Of a DNA stretch of 64,000 nt, positions 26,071 through 38,177 are shown one piece after another (position 1 is the stretch's first letter; the number at the start of each line of letters is the position of its first letter). Both the position numbers and the translations under genes were made by a program. The stretch lies in assembly GCA_021613535.1 (NCBI GenBank), contig CP075493.1:11966001-12030000 (forward strand), given 5' to 3'. The DNA is from Adineta vaga (taxonomy: Eukaryota; Animalia; Rotifera). A model generated the notes under the pieces. The model had not been told where the DNA came from and did not search any database. It was given only the letters and a program-made list of their open reading frames with translations.

Positions 26071-26640
26071 GATTAAATTATCACAGAGTATGTGTGAATG
26101 TTTTTTTGTTGTGAAACTATAGATACGTGTCGCTACTCAACACAAAAAGAAAAGTAATGTCGAGTAAACTAAACAAAGAAAACGCAGAAAATAAAGAGAA
26201 AAAAAAATGAAATAGAATAAAACCATATGTTCTGTGTTGTATGAAATGTGCTACAAAGGCAATTTTATTGGCTATTATTGTTAAGGAATTACATTATTGT
26301 TCATCTAGATGGTGCGCGTAAGAATTTCAAAAACCTTATTTTCAAATGAAAAGTCACAATCAATATGCTCACTTTTTCATCTACTCTCGCATTTTATTTA
26401 CATTTGTAAATGAAAAAGTAATTGTATTGCTTATAACGTATACTTTCCCTTGCAAGCGTATCATATGACAAGTGAGTTTTATTCACGCTTATCTATCATA
26501 CAAGTGATGCCATACCGATGACGCAAGAAAAAAACAACCGAAAGCATCATTCGATTTCGATTCTTTCCTTTTCGCTTTCCCCTACTAGTACAAGTGAATG
26601 CAAACTTACTTATAAATCCATCCTAAATAAAGTACAAAAT

Positions 26641-28803
26641 ATGAATAATACAATATCGTTAGAGACATTGGCTTCTTGCAAATCCATCCAGAATGGAAAC
26701 GTTGTCGAGAATGAAAAATCAATAGATACAACTATTTCTTTTCACAATATAAGCTACATAGTACACACTAGATCGGATAGATTGTTTCAATCACTTCTTC
26801 GTAAAGGAATATCGGAAAAACAAATTCTGTACGATGTGTCAGGAACTCTTAAACCCGGTATGAATGCCATTTTAGGTAAGTATACACTTCATACAGTGGT
26901 CTATATTAAGTATTAAGTTAAACGTATTTAGGTCCCACTGGCTGTGGTAAAACGACATTGCTCGATATTCTCGCTGATCGCACTGATAGAAGTTCTTATA
27001 CAGGTCGTGTATTAATGAATGGTCGGTCTCGACCTATGTCATCTGTATTTCGTTATATGGTCGGTTATGTTGTTCAAAATGATATTTTCAGTGAAACACT
27101 GACTGTACGTGAAAATATTCTTTTTTCAGCCAATCTTCGTCTCTCATCGTCGATCACATCAGAAGAAAGATCGGCACGTGTTGACAAACTTATCGAAGAA
27201 CTTGGTTTGAGTGAATGTGCTAATACACGTATGGGAACCGAATTAAAACGTGGCGTATCAGGTGGAGAAAGGAAACGTACTTGTATTGCTATGGAAATGA
27301 TTTTATCACCGATTATTCTCTTTCTGGATGAGCCAACTACAGGTGTGAGAAACAAACTATATCTTTATATTGTATTTATCGCAATATTTAGGTCTTGATG
27401 CATCAACAGCTTACAGCATTATCAAATGTCTTCATAATCTTTCAAGAAATGGATGTAAGAGATATGTTTTAGTTTATTCATACAGTTTTTTTTGATTTGT
27501 TTACGTTTGAAATAGGTACAATTGTCTTCTCAATTCATCAACCACGTTATTCAATTTTTGAATTGTTTGATACGCTTTTGTTATTGTCACACGGACATAT
27601 TGTTTATCTTGGTCCATCAACTGATATGTTACCATATTTCAAACAACATGGCCTATTGTGTAAGGAACATGATAATCCAGCGGATTTTGCACTAGATATT
27701 CTTACGGACGAAACGAATGAGTCTACAACCAACGATCTGTGTGAAAATTTTCTTCACTCACCAGTCCATATCGCAACACTAGCAATCTCTCTCAATCACT
27801 CGTCAACATCCGAAGCTATAAAAAGTTTAAAACAAGGTAGATCATTCGTATATCAATTCCTTTATATTTCTCGACGAACATTGACCAACGCTCGACGTAA
27901 TTGGCAACCCTATTTCTGGCAAAATATTTGTGCCATTCTTCTAGGTTTACTTACTGGTCTTCTGTACTACAAATTACCTTTAACTGGTAGTTCAAGTGTA
28001 AAGAATCGTTTAGGATGCATCTTCTTCATTGTTGCTAATCAGATTTTTAGCACTGCTACAGCACTTGAACCATTCATTAAGGAGCGTGCTCTGTTTATTC
28101 ACGTAAGTTATTTCCATGACATACTGTAAATATAACTAGATTGTATACTCTTTAGGAATATGTCAGTGGTTATTACAGTATAACTGCTTTGTTTTTAGCA
28201 AAATTAGTGTGTGATCTTCTACCAATGCGAGTAGTTCCTTCACTACTTTTCTGTTCCATTTGTTATTTTATGATTGGTTTTCAACAAACGATTGGACACT
28301 TCATTGTTTTTCTTCTAACGATTTTCATGGCCAATGTTTTCGGTTCGGCTACATGTTTCTTCATTGCAGCATCGATGCCTATTTATGGTAAGACATCATT
28401 TATTAATAGAGAGTCTCCATTAACAAAAATAATTAACAGATATCTATTCTATTTAGCGGTGGCTGCAATCATAGTAGTTGTTATTTTCGTTATCATGATG
28501 GTATTTAGTGGTCTTCTTGTTGAATTAGCCGATGTTTTCAGTTTTCTTCGATGGATTCAATGGATCAGTGCATTTCGATATGCGGCTAACGTCTTGACTA
28601 TCAATGAATTTCAAAATAATCGATTCTATTTAACTGATTCCACCGATTTCTATCAATTGGGTAATGATGTTTTGCGAGATATGTCGATTGATTATACTTC
28701 GAACTGGGATATATGGAAATATTTTATCTTTCTGACAATAATGGCCATAATTTCCTTTGCATTGGCTTATGTCAGATTGTTTTTAATCAAGAAAATCAAA
28801 TAA
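26641..28803 (+). CDS. ABCG2: ABCG-family (ABCG2-like) half transporter
   Basis: Walker A GPTGCGKTT (across intron), signature GVSGGERKR, Walker B LFLDEPTTGLD, SIHQPRYSIF, NPADF, C-terminal ABC2 membrane domain. Confidence 0.93.
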
Positions 28804-29119
28804 AAGATAGAGAAATGTTTTTTTTCTTATGGTTATTTTCATTTTTTCCCATCTGTCGATTTCTTTTTCTTATGGGAAAGTGACATATAAACGATAATAT
28901 GTTCTTGAGTAATACAACCATGATTCAGAGAATGAATAATCAAGCAAGTATGATTTTACCTGTGGATGTTTTCGTTCGATTCATGTAAAGAACATGACGA
29001 TAGAAGTATAATTTTTACGTGTTGACCAAAAAATTTCCCGAGTATACCACATTATGTTAAGCATTTAAAAAGTGAGCAGTCTATTTCATTATTTTTATCA
29101 TTATACTATTCTTACAATC

Positions 29120-29618
29120 ATGCCGGTCGATGTCGTATTCATCAATCGATTGCACCAAAGTATTAATCTTGTTAAAACAAGAAACAATCGACCATCTCGA
29201 CAAATAGCTACTCTTCATCCTGGGTATGGCAGCCATTTGAAATACAATATAAATTAGAATATCTTCTCGTTTTTTAGAGAATCAGTTTCCTGTTATTTAC
29301 CTGACGGATGGTCAGGTAATTTTCGTCATAGTGGTGGTACTGGTGGTATCACTCTGTTCGAAGTATCTGTTAAAGCCAATGACAATAAGGTTTATTATGA
29401 TCTTAGTGTCATTGATGGATTTAATGTGCCTATGAGAGTACGAGCACCGAATGGGTTAGTTTTATTGAATTTATAAGACTAAATAAATATTTTCTTTGTA
29501 TAGGACACGTCTAAAAGCATTGCATAGACGTGCACGAGATGCTTATCTATTTCCTACTGATGATACCAAAACACATGCTTGTCATCCAGGAAAGTTTTTT
29601 GTTACTTTTGGTCGATGA
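29120..29618 (+). CDS. Small thaumatin-like protein (131 aa, 3 exons), no signal peptide
   Basis: Exons 29120-29223, 29278-29454, 29504-29618 give MPVDVVFINRL...LPDGWSGNFRHSGGTGGITLFEVSV...YYDLSVIDGFNVPMRV...DAYLFPTDDTKTHACHPGKFFVTFGR*. TLFE, YDxSxIDGFNVPM and DAYxFPxDD are thaumatin (PR-5) hallmarks. Confidence 0.88.
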
Positions 29619-29740
29619 ACTATCAATAGTCATTTTGTTTTCCGTACTTTAAAAATATTAATATTAATATTATGAAAGTTTCTAATTTGCATATTATTTT
29701 AGATAAGAAAACAGATTGTTTTTTTTTTCCACAAATTATT

Positions 29741-30286
29741 ATGGTAAATAAAATTAGTGTTATCAATCGAAGTGGTAGAACTGTAAAAGTGGGTTTCTTT
29801 CGAAATCATGGTCCTCTTCGTCCATCATTTAGAGCAGAAAAAATTATCTTTGTAAGGCGCAATCGATGTCGATCAGTAACACTTGATTATGGGTGGGAAG
29901 GTCGTGTACAGAAATTAAATGGTGCATCAAACGATCCTGCAACATGGTCTGAAATTCATTTCAATGCATGGAACAATATGACTTTTGCTGATATCAGTTT
30001 AATACGTGGATATAATGGTTCTATGGTCTTTTTTACTAATGATGGTTCTCTACATACTGGTATAAAAGATAATTTATTTCGAGGTGCTCCGGATCGATGT
30101 AAACGTAGAAATTCAAGAGGAATTCATGTTCTTGATGCTACTGAACCTTATAGTGGTGGACAAAATCATGATTTAATTGCATATTATCGTTCTCGAGTAC
30201 CAAAAGGAGATGGATATATTGTACCGAATGATCATCCTAGTTCACATGGAACAAAGAACACACATATTAATCTTAAAATTTATTGA
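29741..30286 (+). CDS. Divergent thaumatin-fold protein (181 aa), intronless, no signal peptide
   Basis: GWEGRVQK...PATWSEIHF...FADISLIRGYNGSM corresponds to the thaumatin WSGR / ATLAEF / YDISLVDGYN motifs and resembles a fungal thaumatin-like family (from memory). Confidence 0.7.
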   Translation: MVNKISVINRSGRTVKVGFFRNHGPLRPSFRAEKIIFVRRNRCRSVTLDYGWEGRVQKLNGASNDPATWSEIHFNAWNNMTFADISLIRGYNGSMVFFTNDGSLHTGIKDNLFRGAPDRCKRRNSRGIHVLDATEPYSGGQNHDLIAYYRSRVPKGDGYIVPNDHPSSHGTKNTHINLKIY

Positions 30287-30689
30287 AATACTTCTTTCTG
30301 TTTGGAATGTTGTTAATTAACATGAAGATTGTGTGAAATCTAAACGAAACACACACTCAATATCTAGTATTAGGTGTTTTTATTAAATCCAATCCTATTT
30401 TAGTTTCAACTTGATTCTTTTATACGTGAAACCTTGAGATTTGATCTTGTGTTTTGACATGCTGCACTTTTTTCTCAACATGATTTATTTATTGATTTAA
30501 ATTTCTTTTGTTTTATCTATAATTGTTTTTTATCGTATTTTATTGTACTTTGTCAGGTTTTTTTTCGTTTTATTACTCTTTCTTTAGTTATTCTTTTATA
30601 TTAGACCACAATACATTGACACGTACTTGACTTGTGCTTTTCTGTTTTTTCCTAAATACATAAGTGAAAATCAACAAGTTTTCGAAACT

Positions 30690-32201
30690 ATGGACACTGG
30701 TTCTCGTACATCTCTATCAAGTATTTGTCTAATTCTCATTCTTTACTTTTTGCAAGGTACAAATATTGGACTTGCAGCGAGTATACCAATCCTTTTGGCT
30801 GCTCGTGGTGCAACATGGAAAGATCAAGGTACATTTAACTTCGTCTATTATCCATTTTCGTTTAAACTAATTTGGGCACCATTGATCGATACTTTTTACA
30901 GTACTCGTTTCGGACGACGTAAATCATGGTTAATACCGATACAATTGAGTATAGCGGCAATTCTTTTGCTCTTATCATTCTATGTCGAATCATTCATAAT
31001 TGCTGGTCATGTCATATGGCTAACCATTATCTTCTTTGGTCTAATTTTTCTCACTGCCAGTCAAGATGTTTGCGTAGATGGGTTAGCTATTTCTTTATTT
31101 GCAGCAAATAATCCTCAATGGACATCAACTTCACAAACTGTAGGACAAACGTTCGGTACTTTTTTTGGTTTTTCATTTCTATTAACATTCGAATCAGCTA
31201 ATTTTACCAACAGATTTATTCGTGAACCTCTCTCACTACCATCTCAAACTTACGGATTACTCTCGCTCGAATATTTTATACGTTTTCAAGCATTGGCTTT
31301 TTTCGTTGTTACTATATGTATCGCAATGTTTTTTCGCGAGAAAAAAGAAACATTGGATACAAATGGTGAAGAAATAAATAGACTATCTCTATGGGAAACA
31401 TATGTTTCAATTATTCAACTTTTCAAAAAGAAATGTATTCTACAATTAACACTCGTGTCAATTCTCGCACCCGCTGGACTGGTAGCTACTATGTATATGA
31501 CTCGTATTTCACTGACAAAGTAAGCAGTACAGTTTATTTCTTCGAAGTTCTCAATATATATATATATATATATATATTGCATTTTTAGACGCGGTGTACC
31601 ACGTGCTAGCTTAGCTCTTGCCGAAATACCAGTCACTTTAGCTGCAGTTCTATCACCTCTTATTATTCGTCATACCAAAAGACCTCTTATCTGGTTCGTT
31701 AGATTCTATACTATACTCCTAATTATTGGTATACCAGTTGCGGTATACGTCCATTACACTCCCGAATTAATCTCTTCAAACTACTATTATGTATTACTCA
31801 TTCTCACTCTTGTAGGCAATGAATTTTTTCGAGTATTACGAGCTTCTGCTCAAGTTGGCTTTTTTGCATCGGTTAGCGAAGAACGTATTGGTGGAACTTA
31901 TATGACATTACTTGCTACCGTGAGTAATTTAGGATTTGCTCTGAATTCCTCAGCTGTACTTTATATATCAAATTGGTTGCCTAAAAAATTCGATTATGCC
32001 ATTGCAGTCGGTTCATGTACAGTTCTTGGTATTCTATGGCTTATATTTTCGATCGGAACTATAAAACGATTGCAAAAATTACCTAGACACAAATGGTATT
32101 TAGCTCCCGAAACTATCAAAGATAATACAATTACATTGAGTAAACAGAATGCAAACGAATTGTTACTGAAATCATACAAAAACGTCGATGAAACTATCTG
32201 A
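30690..32201 (+). CDS. SLC33A1: Acetyl-CoA transporter 1-like MFS protein
   Basis: LYFLQG, PFSFKLIWAPLID, FGRRKSWLIPIQ, ASQDVCVDG, IGGTYMTLLATVSNLG; one intron 31520-31588 containing a (TA)n tract. Confidence 0.9.
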
Positions 32202-32562
32202 AATGTATTCTAAATTAAGACATACAAAATAAATCCGTTGATCCTTGCTTTAATATAATTATTCATCTCGTGCTAGCAGATGCTAATTTTCAACTGAGTC
32301 AAAAACAGATCTATGACTTTCTGTTTCGAAGAACTTTTCTCTACACCTGTTTTGGTTTTGACATGCTCATTATCATGACTCATCATAAAAGATTTTAATA
32401 AATAATTCTATCTCTATATGAAATTACTTATATGTTCGGTAATCATGAATCTCAAAAATCTAACTTGTCAGAACCACAATTCAAAAAAAGAAATAAGATT
32501 TGTTTGGTCTGCAGACTATATAAACAACACTTTTTTTTATCAGTTTCACTACATAAAAAAGA

Positions 32563-33562
32563 ATGAATTCAACTGAGGCTTACTACAATCAACTATTCGA
32601 TGATGTATTTACTTCTCTTTATCGCTATGTTATGCCTGTAATTTGCATCGTGGGAAATATCGGAAATATAATGACTGCTTTTGTTTTTACACAAAAAGGA
32701 TGGAGACGAAATGTTTGTGTATTCTATTTTAACGTTTGCCTATTAATTGGCTGCAATCAATACTTACCTCCTAACATCTACTCTCATCATTGGTTTCGAT
32801 AGTGATCTGTACAATTCTAATGCAGTTATATGTAAGCTCTTTTATTATGCTACATTTCTATTTTGTGCACTTTTACCTGCTACTCTTATTTGTGCATCAG
32901 TTGATCGTTTATTAATTTCATCACAAAATGTTAATCTTCGATTATATAGTTCGAAACGTTTAGCCTTTTTTTCTGTAAGCTTGAGTGCATCTATCCTTAT
33001 TATTTATAATCTTCATACACTAATCATGGCGAATGTTTCACAGGTGGTTCCTTCTGTTTCAATATGTACATTTCCTTCTTTCAAAAGCTATTTGATGTTT
33101 TTTGCTTATTCTTCATTATTCATAACTTCTTTTTTTTGTATAACATTGATTATTTTATCTATATTATCCGGCGAAAATGTTCGTCTTATTCGAGCTATTC
33201 CACGTCAGCAACGACAACAAATTCGAGCGATGAATAAGAAAGATTTTCAATTAGTTCGTTGTCTATTTGCTCATGATATTGTCTATATTGGTGGCAATAT
33301 TTTTATCAATTTATACTATATTTATATTGTTATAAGGTTTGATCGAGAAATGTCGCCGTTGGAATCAGTTATCAGCAGCTTTTTCAATAATTTCTTTACA
33401 ATGCTTCAACAGCTTTCATTCTGTACCACCTTTTTTATCTTCATTAGTTTATCCAAAGCTTTTCGAAACGAACTGCGACGTATTATTTACAAGATGGTGA
33501 AAAAAAATTTAGTTCCAATACAAGATGAAGAAAATAATAATAATCAAGAAAACATTGCATAG
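32563..33562 (+). pseudogene. Intronless rhodopsin-like GPCR interrupted by one frameshift near 32745
   Basis: TM1 GNIGN in ORF 32563; ICKL...ASVDR (DRY-like) and TM7 FFIFISLSKAFR in overlapping ORF 32747; no GT-AG intron found at the frame change. Confidence 0.75.
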
Positions 33563-34271
33563 TAAATGTTGTGAATGATGTTGTCTTGTGGATGCTTGAT
33601 TATCAAATAAATAACATATCGTCAAGATGTCTGCCTATGACTTTTGAATTATATACACTCATATTTTGATAAATTATTAGTTTCTTATTTGTATAATAAG
33701 ATTCAGTCACACAAAAGTCGAATGAATGTTTTTAAAGAATTATTTTAATGAAAGAAAATCGTTAATTTTGCATATATGTTCGTTTCAAAATCTCTATCAA
33801 TATACTTCACTCTTATATATATATTCCGACGTATGCTCAATCATCGAATACATAACATACTCTATATTTGAACCGGCATATGATAGAAACTGTTCACCGG
33901 TCAGATGAAGAGTTTGGACTCTTTCGAAAGACTAGCAGAAACATTCGAAAAATGTCGCTTGTTGAAATCACTCAGGCATTTATTTCATCTTTGTTTATGA
34001 GACATACACAATAATTTTATGAAAAAAAGAGAAGCTAGAAGATGAATGATCACTTTTAAAATCTTTTATAGATAATAGCTGTATCACTATATAAAGGTGA
34101 CTGTGACTATAGTCGAATTCGTCTGATGGCGCCACTATATGAAATAAAGGAAAAGAAAGAAAGATACATATATATGTTATCATTCGATTTCGTTAACAAA
34201 AGAAAGAAGATTTCTCGGTGAATATTTCAACAAAGTTATCGACTTTCTAATACGCACGATATTTATCTAAA

Positions 34272-35996
34272 ATGATCATTAGTATTGAGAATTTATCGAA
34301 TGAAATTTTCTATGAAATATTTGATTATCTTGATGGTTGCGATATTTATAAAAGTTTTTCAAATCTTAATTATCGTTTTTATCGAATTCTTCATTCTTCA
34401 TTACTTTTACATAAAATTAAATTTCATTTCAAATCCAATGATTTATTTATTAAAAATTATCAATATCTACAATATCTTAATCGACATCAAATTTTTTCAC
34501 TTAATTTATCATCTGAATTATATATTGACAAATTTTTCTCATCATTTAACATCGATTCATCACTTGATCATCTCCAATTCATTTATCTTCAATACATCCA
34601 ACCAGAAACGCTTTCTGTACTTTTGAAGAAATGCATTTATTTACCATGTCTAACTACATTGAATATTTTGTCGTATCATCAATCATTGGATCTTTGTCAA
34701 ATTTATCCGCTGATTTTTACTTTACCAAAATTGAAATATCTGAAAATCGTCACACATGAATTCAAGAATTCTGTCCCATTATCATATGCTAGTGAAAATC
34801 AACAATTAAGTACAATTGAATATCTTAATATTCAACATCGTGTGACATTTAGTGAACTTGCTGCAATTATTTCTTACACACCAAAACTTTACCGTTTGAA
34901 ATTCTCGCACGAAGATGAGGATGATCCAACTGTTGACATAATATCAACAATGGAATTATCCAAGTTAACACATCTATCAATGACAATAGTATATCTCAAA
35001 TTTGATGATACGAATATTTTCCTAAGAAAATTACCTTCTACGTTGAAAAGTTTGAATTTCTATGTTTGTGAACCAGATTTAAAATATCTTGATTTTTGTA
35101 TGTGGAAAGAATTAATTCAAGAAAATTTACCACAATTAGAAGAATTTTATTTCCATTATAATTTAACAATAACTGATGATGATGATGAAGAATTTATATT
35201 TTCGGATTGTATCTGTAATCAATTTATTTCGCCATTTTGGATCAATCGACGATGGTTTGTTGAAGTTATGATCAGACATGGCACAATTTCGATTATCATG
35301 AAACCATACAGGTATCTTTTCGATAGAATTCGAAAAAGAAAATATTTGATTATTCATGATTTTAGAAAAAGATGGTATGAATTTATTCCTGTTGATACCA
35401 AACTTGATCCATATCACTCAACTTTACTTACTATTCGATATGTTCCTAGTGATGAATATATACAAACATTATTTGATGAAATCGAATGGATTACAGATCT
35501 AGCAACGATTTATCATTTAGAAATCTATGAACTTTGTTTTATTGGTAATGTTATTGAAATTTTTAATCTTTTACCTTATCTTGATTCATTGAAAATCTCG
35601 TCGATTACATTACCAACAGAAACGTTATTAACTATGAATGAATTAGAAGAATTTAATGATGCAGCAAATCATAATGATATTACAAAAGTTTATTTGGAAA
35701 AAATGAATACATTTGATGATGTTCTTTTTCTTATTGATCTATTTCCTCAAGTAGAATATCTTCAAATTGGTTGTACAAGTGATGTAGATATTCAATTATT
35801 TTTACAAGTTATTTTCAAGAAAATGAACGATAAAGGCGATTTTAATCTTCATTTATTAGCCGTTCGTATTCCGATCGCAGATGATCAAATGGTGAAACAA
35901 ATACAAAATATGATCACTTTCGATGGTCTTCTTTTTGATTATAAGGTAACACGTACAAATGATACTATTTCCTTACTAATAGAACAACACGACTAG
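34272..35996 (+). CDS. F-box/LRR-like protein
   Basis: IENLSNEIFYEIFDYLDGCDIYKSFSNLNYRF F-box; LPKLKYL-type repeats; probable in-frame 54-nt intron 35312-35365. Confidence 0.85.
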   Translation: MIISIENLSNEIFYEIFDYLDGCDIYKSFSNLNYRFYRILHSSLLLHKIKFHFKSNDLFIKNYQYLQYLNRHQIFSLNLSSELYIDKFFSSFNIDSSLDHLQFIYLQYIQPETLSVLLKKCIYLPCLTTLNILSYHQSLDLCQIYPLIFTLPKLKYLKIVTHEFKNSVPLSYASENQQLSTIEYLNIQHRVTFSELAAIISYTPKLYRLKFSHEDEDDPTVDIISTMELSKLTHLSMTIVYLKFDDTNIFLRKLPSTLKSLNFYVCEPDLKYLDFCMWKELIQENLPQLEEFYFHYNLTITDDDDEEFIFSDCICNQFISPFWINRRWFVEVMIRHGTISIIMKPYRYLFDRIRKRKYLIIHDFRKRWYEFIPVDTKLDPYHSTLLTIRYVPSDEYIQTLFDEIEWITDLATIYHLEIYELCFIGNVIEIFNLLPYLDSLKISSITLPTETLLTMNELEEFNDAANHNDITKVYLEKMNTFDDVLFLIDLFPQVEYLQIGCTSDVDIQLFLQVIFKKMNDKGDFNLHLLAVRIPIADDQMVKQIQNMITFDGLLFDYKVTRTNDTISLLIEQHD

Positions 35997-36069
35997 TTCT
36001 TTTTTCTCTTCTTATAAATAAAATAAAAGATTTGGAAATTATGTTTTTAAGAATGTTTATATTGCATCT

Positions 36070-36951
36070 TTATTGGAAAGAAACGTGATCGGTTACAGTA
36101 ACAGTTCCATCATCATATAGAGTCATTGTCAAATTCGGTCGAAATCCACATTTTTCATGTTTATAACCAAGTTGATTGCTTACTACTCTAGTAGAGTTTA
36201 TCATTAGATCAGTTGATCGATGTGTATGACCATAAATCCACAAACGAACAGGATCTTTACAATCTTCATCATGATCATTAATAAATGCATCCTCGACACC
36301 AGCTTCTGCATCTTCTTCTGAACAAGTATCTCGACGTGATGGTGCATGATGAGTTATAATAATGACATGTTCTTGATTTTCACGCGCTTTTTCAATCTCT
36401 TCTACTAACCAACTATGTTGCTCAGCATGCCATGTATTTGTATCGTTTACTGTTATTCGACGTACTACTATTCTATTATTAACAGATACTTCTGTCTCAT
36501 CAACAACCGTAATATGCCGATAATCATTGACACATCGACTAGTTTTCAAACCCGTTAATTCGGAAACATGAGACCAGAGTGTCGTACCTAGTATTCGAAC
36601 TTTATTTGGCAGAAGATACGTTTCATTTTGTAAGAAATGAATGCGAGAATTCAAATTGTTAAGTGCTCGAAGTTGTCGAAGGCGATTTTGATATTCTCCA
36701 CCATAGAAACAATGATTTCCAGCGACATAAAATATATGTTCAAATCTATCACATTGAGCTAGTAGGAAAGCTTTCAAACCCGGTAAATGAGGTTGTCCTA
36801 TATCTCCAGCAAGTATTAGAATAGGTGCGACAACTGAAAATTCAGGAGGAACAACATTAGGAAATTCTAGATGTAGATCACTCATTAACATTGTTTGAAA
36901 GATCATTTTGGCGTTAGATGCAGGAGTTTTGTTGTTTATTTCATTACTCAT
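36070..36951 (-). CDS. Calcineurin-like metallophosphoesterase, intronless, microbial type
   Basis: Motifs SDLHLEF, AGDIG, VAGNH, GTTLWS, THHAPS, WIYGHTH, SNQLGY. Confidence 0.9.
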   Translation of the reverse strand: MSNEINNKTPASNAKMIFQTMLMSDLHLEFPNVVPPEFSVVAPILILAGDIGQPHLPGLKAFLLAQCDRFEHIFYVAGNHCFYGGEYQNRLRQLRALNNLNSRIHFLQNETYLLPNKVRILGTTLWSHVSELTGLKTSRCVNDYRHITVVDETEVSVNNRIVVRRITVNDTNTWHAEQHSWLVEEIEKARENQEHVIIITHHAPSRRDTCSEEDAEAGVEDAFINDHDEDCKDPVRLWIYGHTHRSTDLMINSTRVVSNQLGYKHEKCGFRPNLTMTLYDDGTVTVTDHVSFQ

Positions 36952-37142
36952 TTTTTGATTCTATGTGCGAAACGATAGTTGTTATTCATATAAACGTATA
37001 GTGAAAGAACAAAATCAAAGGAAAAAAAAAGGAAGAGAAGAACAGAACACATGCTTGTTGTGATTGTGTCATTGGAGAAAATATTCGTACTGGTAATGAA
37101 AAAAACAACAAACATATTATACACACGCAGAAATACATGTAT

Positions 37143-37947
37143 TTATTTGCATGAATCTATTGAAACAGGTAAATCAAAAACACCCTTTGGTAAAACAGAT
37201 GGTCCAAGAGTATAATTTGTAAACACATATTCCAGATTACCAATAAAATAAGATTTCAATTGGTATATTATTTTTTACTGAAGCTATGTAAGAATATGTC
37301 TGCATGCCTATTCTCTTAAACCAAATATTGCATTTAACCACCATAGGGTGATGAATGCCATACAGTGAATAAATATGCATAATTCTGACTTACTTTATCG
37401 CATCGAGGAGGATTGGTGTTGTAGTATAAATGATAACCCATAATAATACCTTGTTTTGGATGAGGTGGATCCGGAGTCTGTCCAAGAAGGAGACTCATAC
37501 CTAGTAAGAGAAAAATAAAGTTATAGTTTTCAATGTTTGATCGTTTGTTGAATATATTCTTCGACTCAATAGCGTTGCATAGATATAAAGTGTATACAGA
37601 ATATTAAGATATAACCTTTTTTTATTACTGTAGCTGTTTCAAAGCAATATCTTCCCATTTGAATGTTACAATTCTTCTTATCAGTATCACTATCATCTGT
37701 AACAAAAAAGCATCATCACGACAATTATTCAGTGCAAGAAAAAACTCTTTTATAGATGATTCTAACCGTTCGATTAATTTATTTGTTTTAAAATGTATAA
37801 CAATTTATTGTCGTTTTCCATAGATCTTTTTTTGTAATTTATATTATTCCTTCGTGATCATCACCATTACTGAGAATACATAACTTATTTTCGGCAAATA
37901 AAGATTCCAGAAAGATATACACACATCAATGCAGTAGGAAATATCAT
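37143..37947 (-). pseudogene. Degraded multi-exon gene for a probable secreted protein
   Basis: Signal-like start MIFPTALMCVYLSGIFIC, internal GT-AG-bounded exons (DDSDTDKKNCNIQMGRYCFETATV), end FTNYTLGPSVLPKGVFDLPVSIDSCK*; stops and a frameshift in between. Confidence 0.3.
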
Positions 37948-38177
37948 ATATGCAATCGTAGCTCAATCCAAGATCAATTATTTTCGGCTGATATTGTACA
38001 ATTATCGCTCTCGGTCATCTTCATCAGGAATACTACTGAGCAGTTTTTGCTCGGTGACAATGAATCTCTGCATTTTGACCTCCACTCATTTCGAGAAAAT
38101 GCAAAGTAAGAAAAGAAATATTGAGTAGAAAAACAACGAAATCTTTCAAGTTTCCAAAGAGAGAAGAAGGTGTACAT

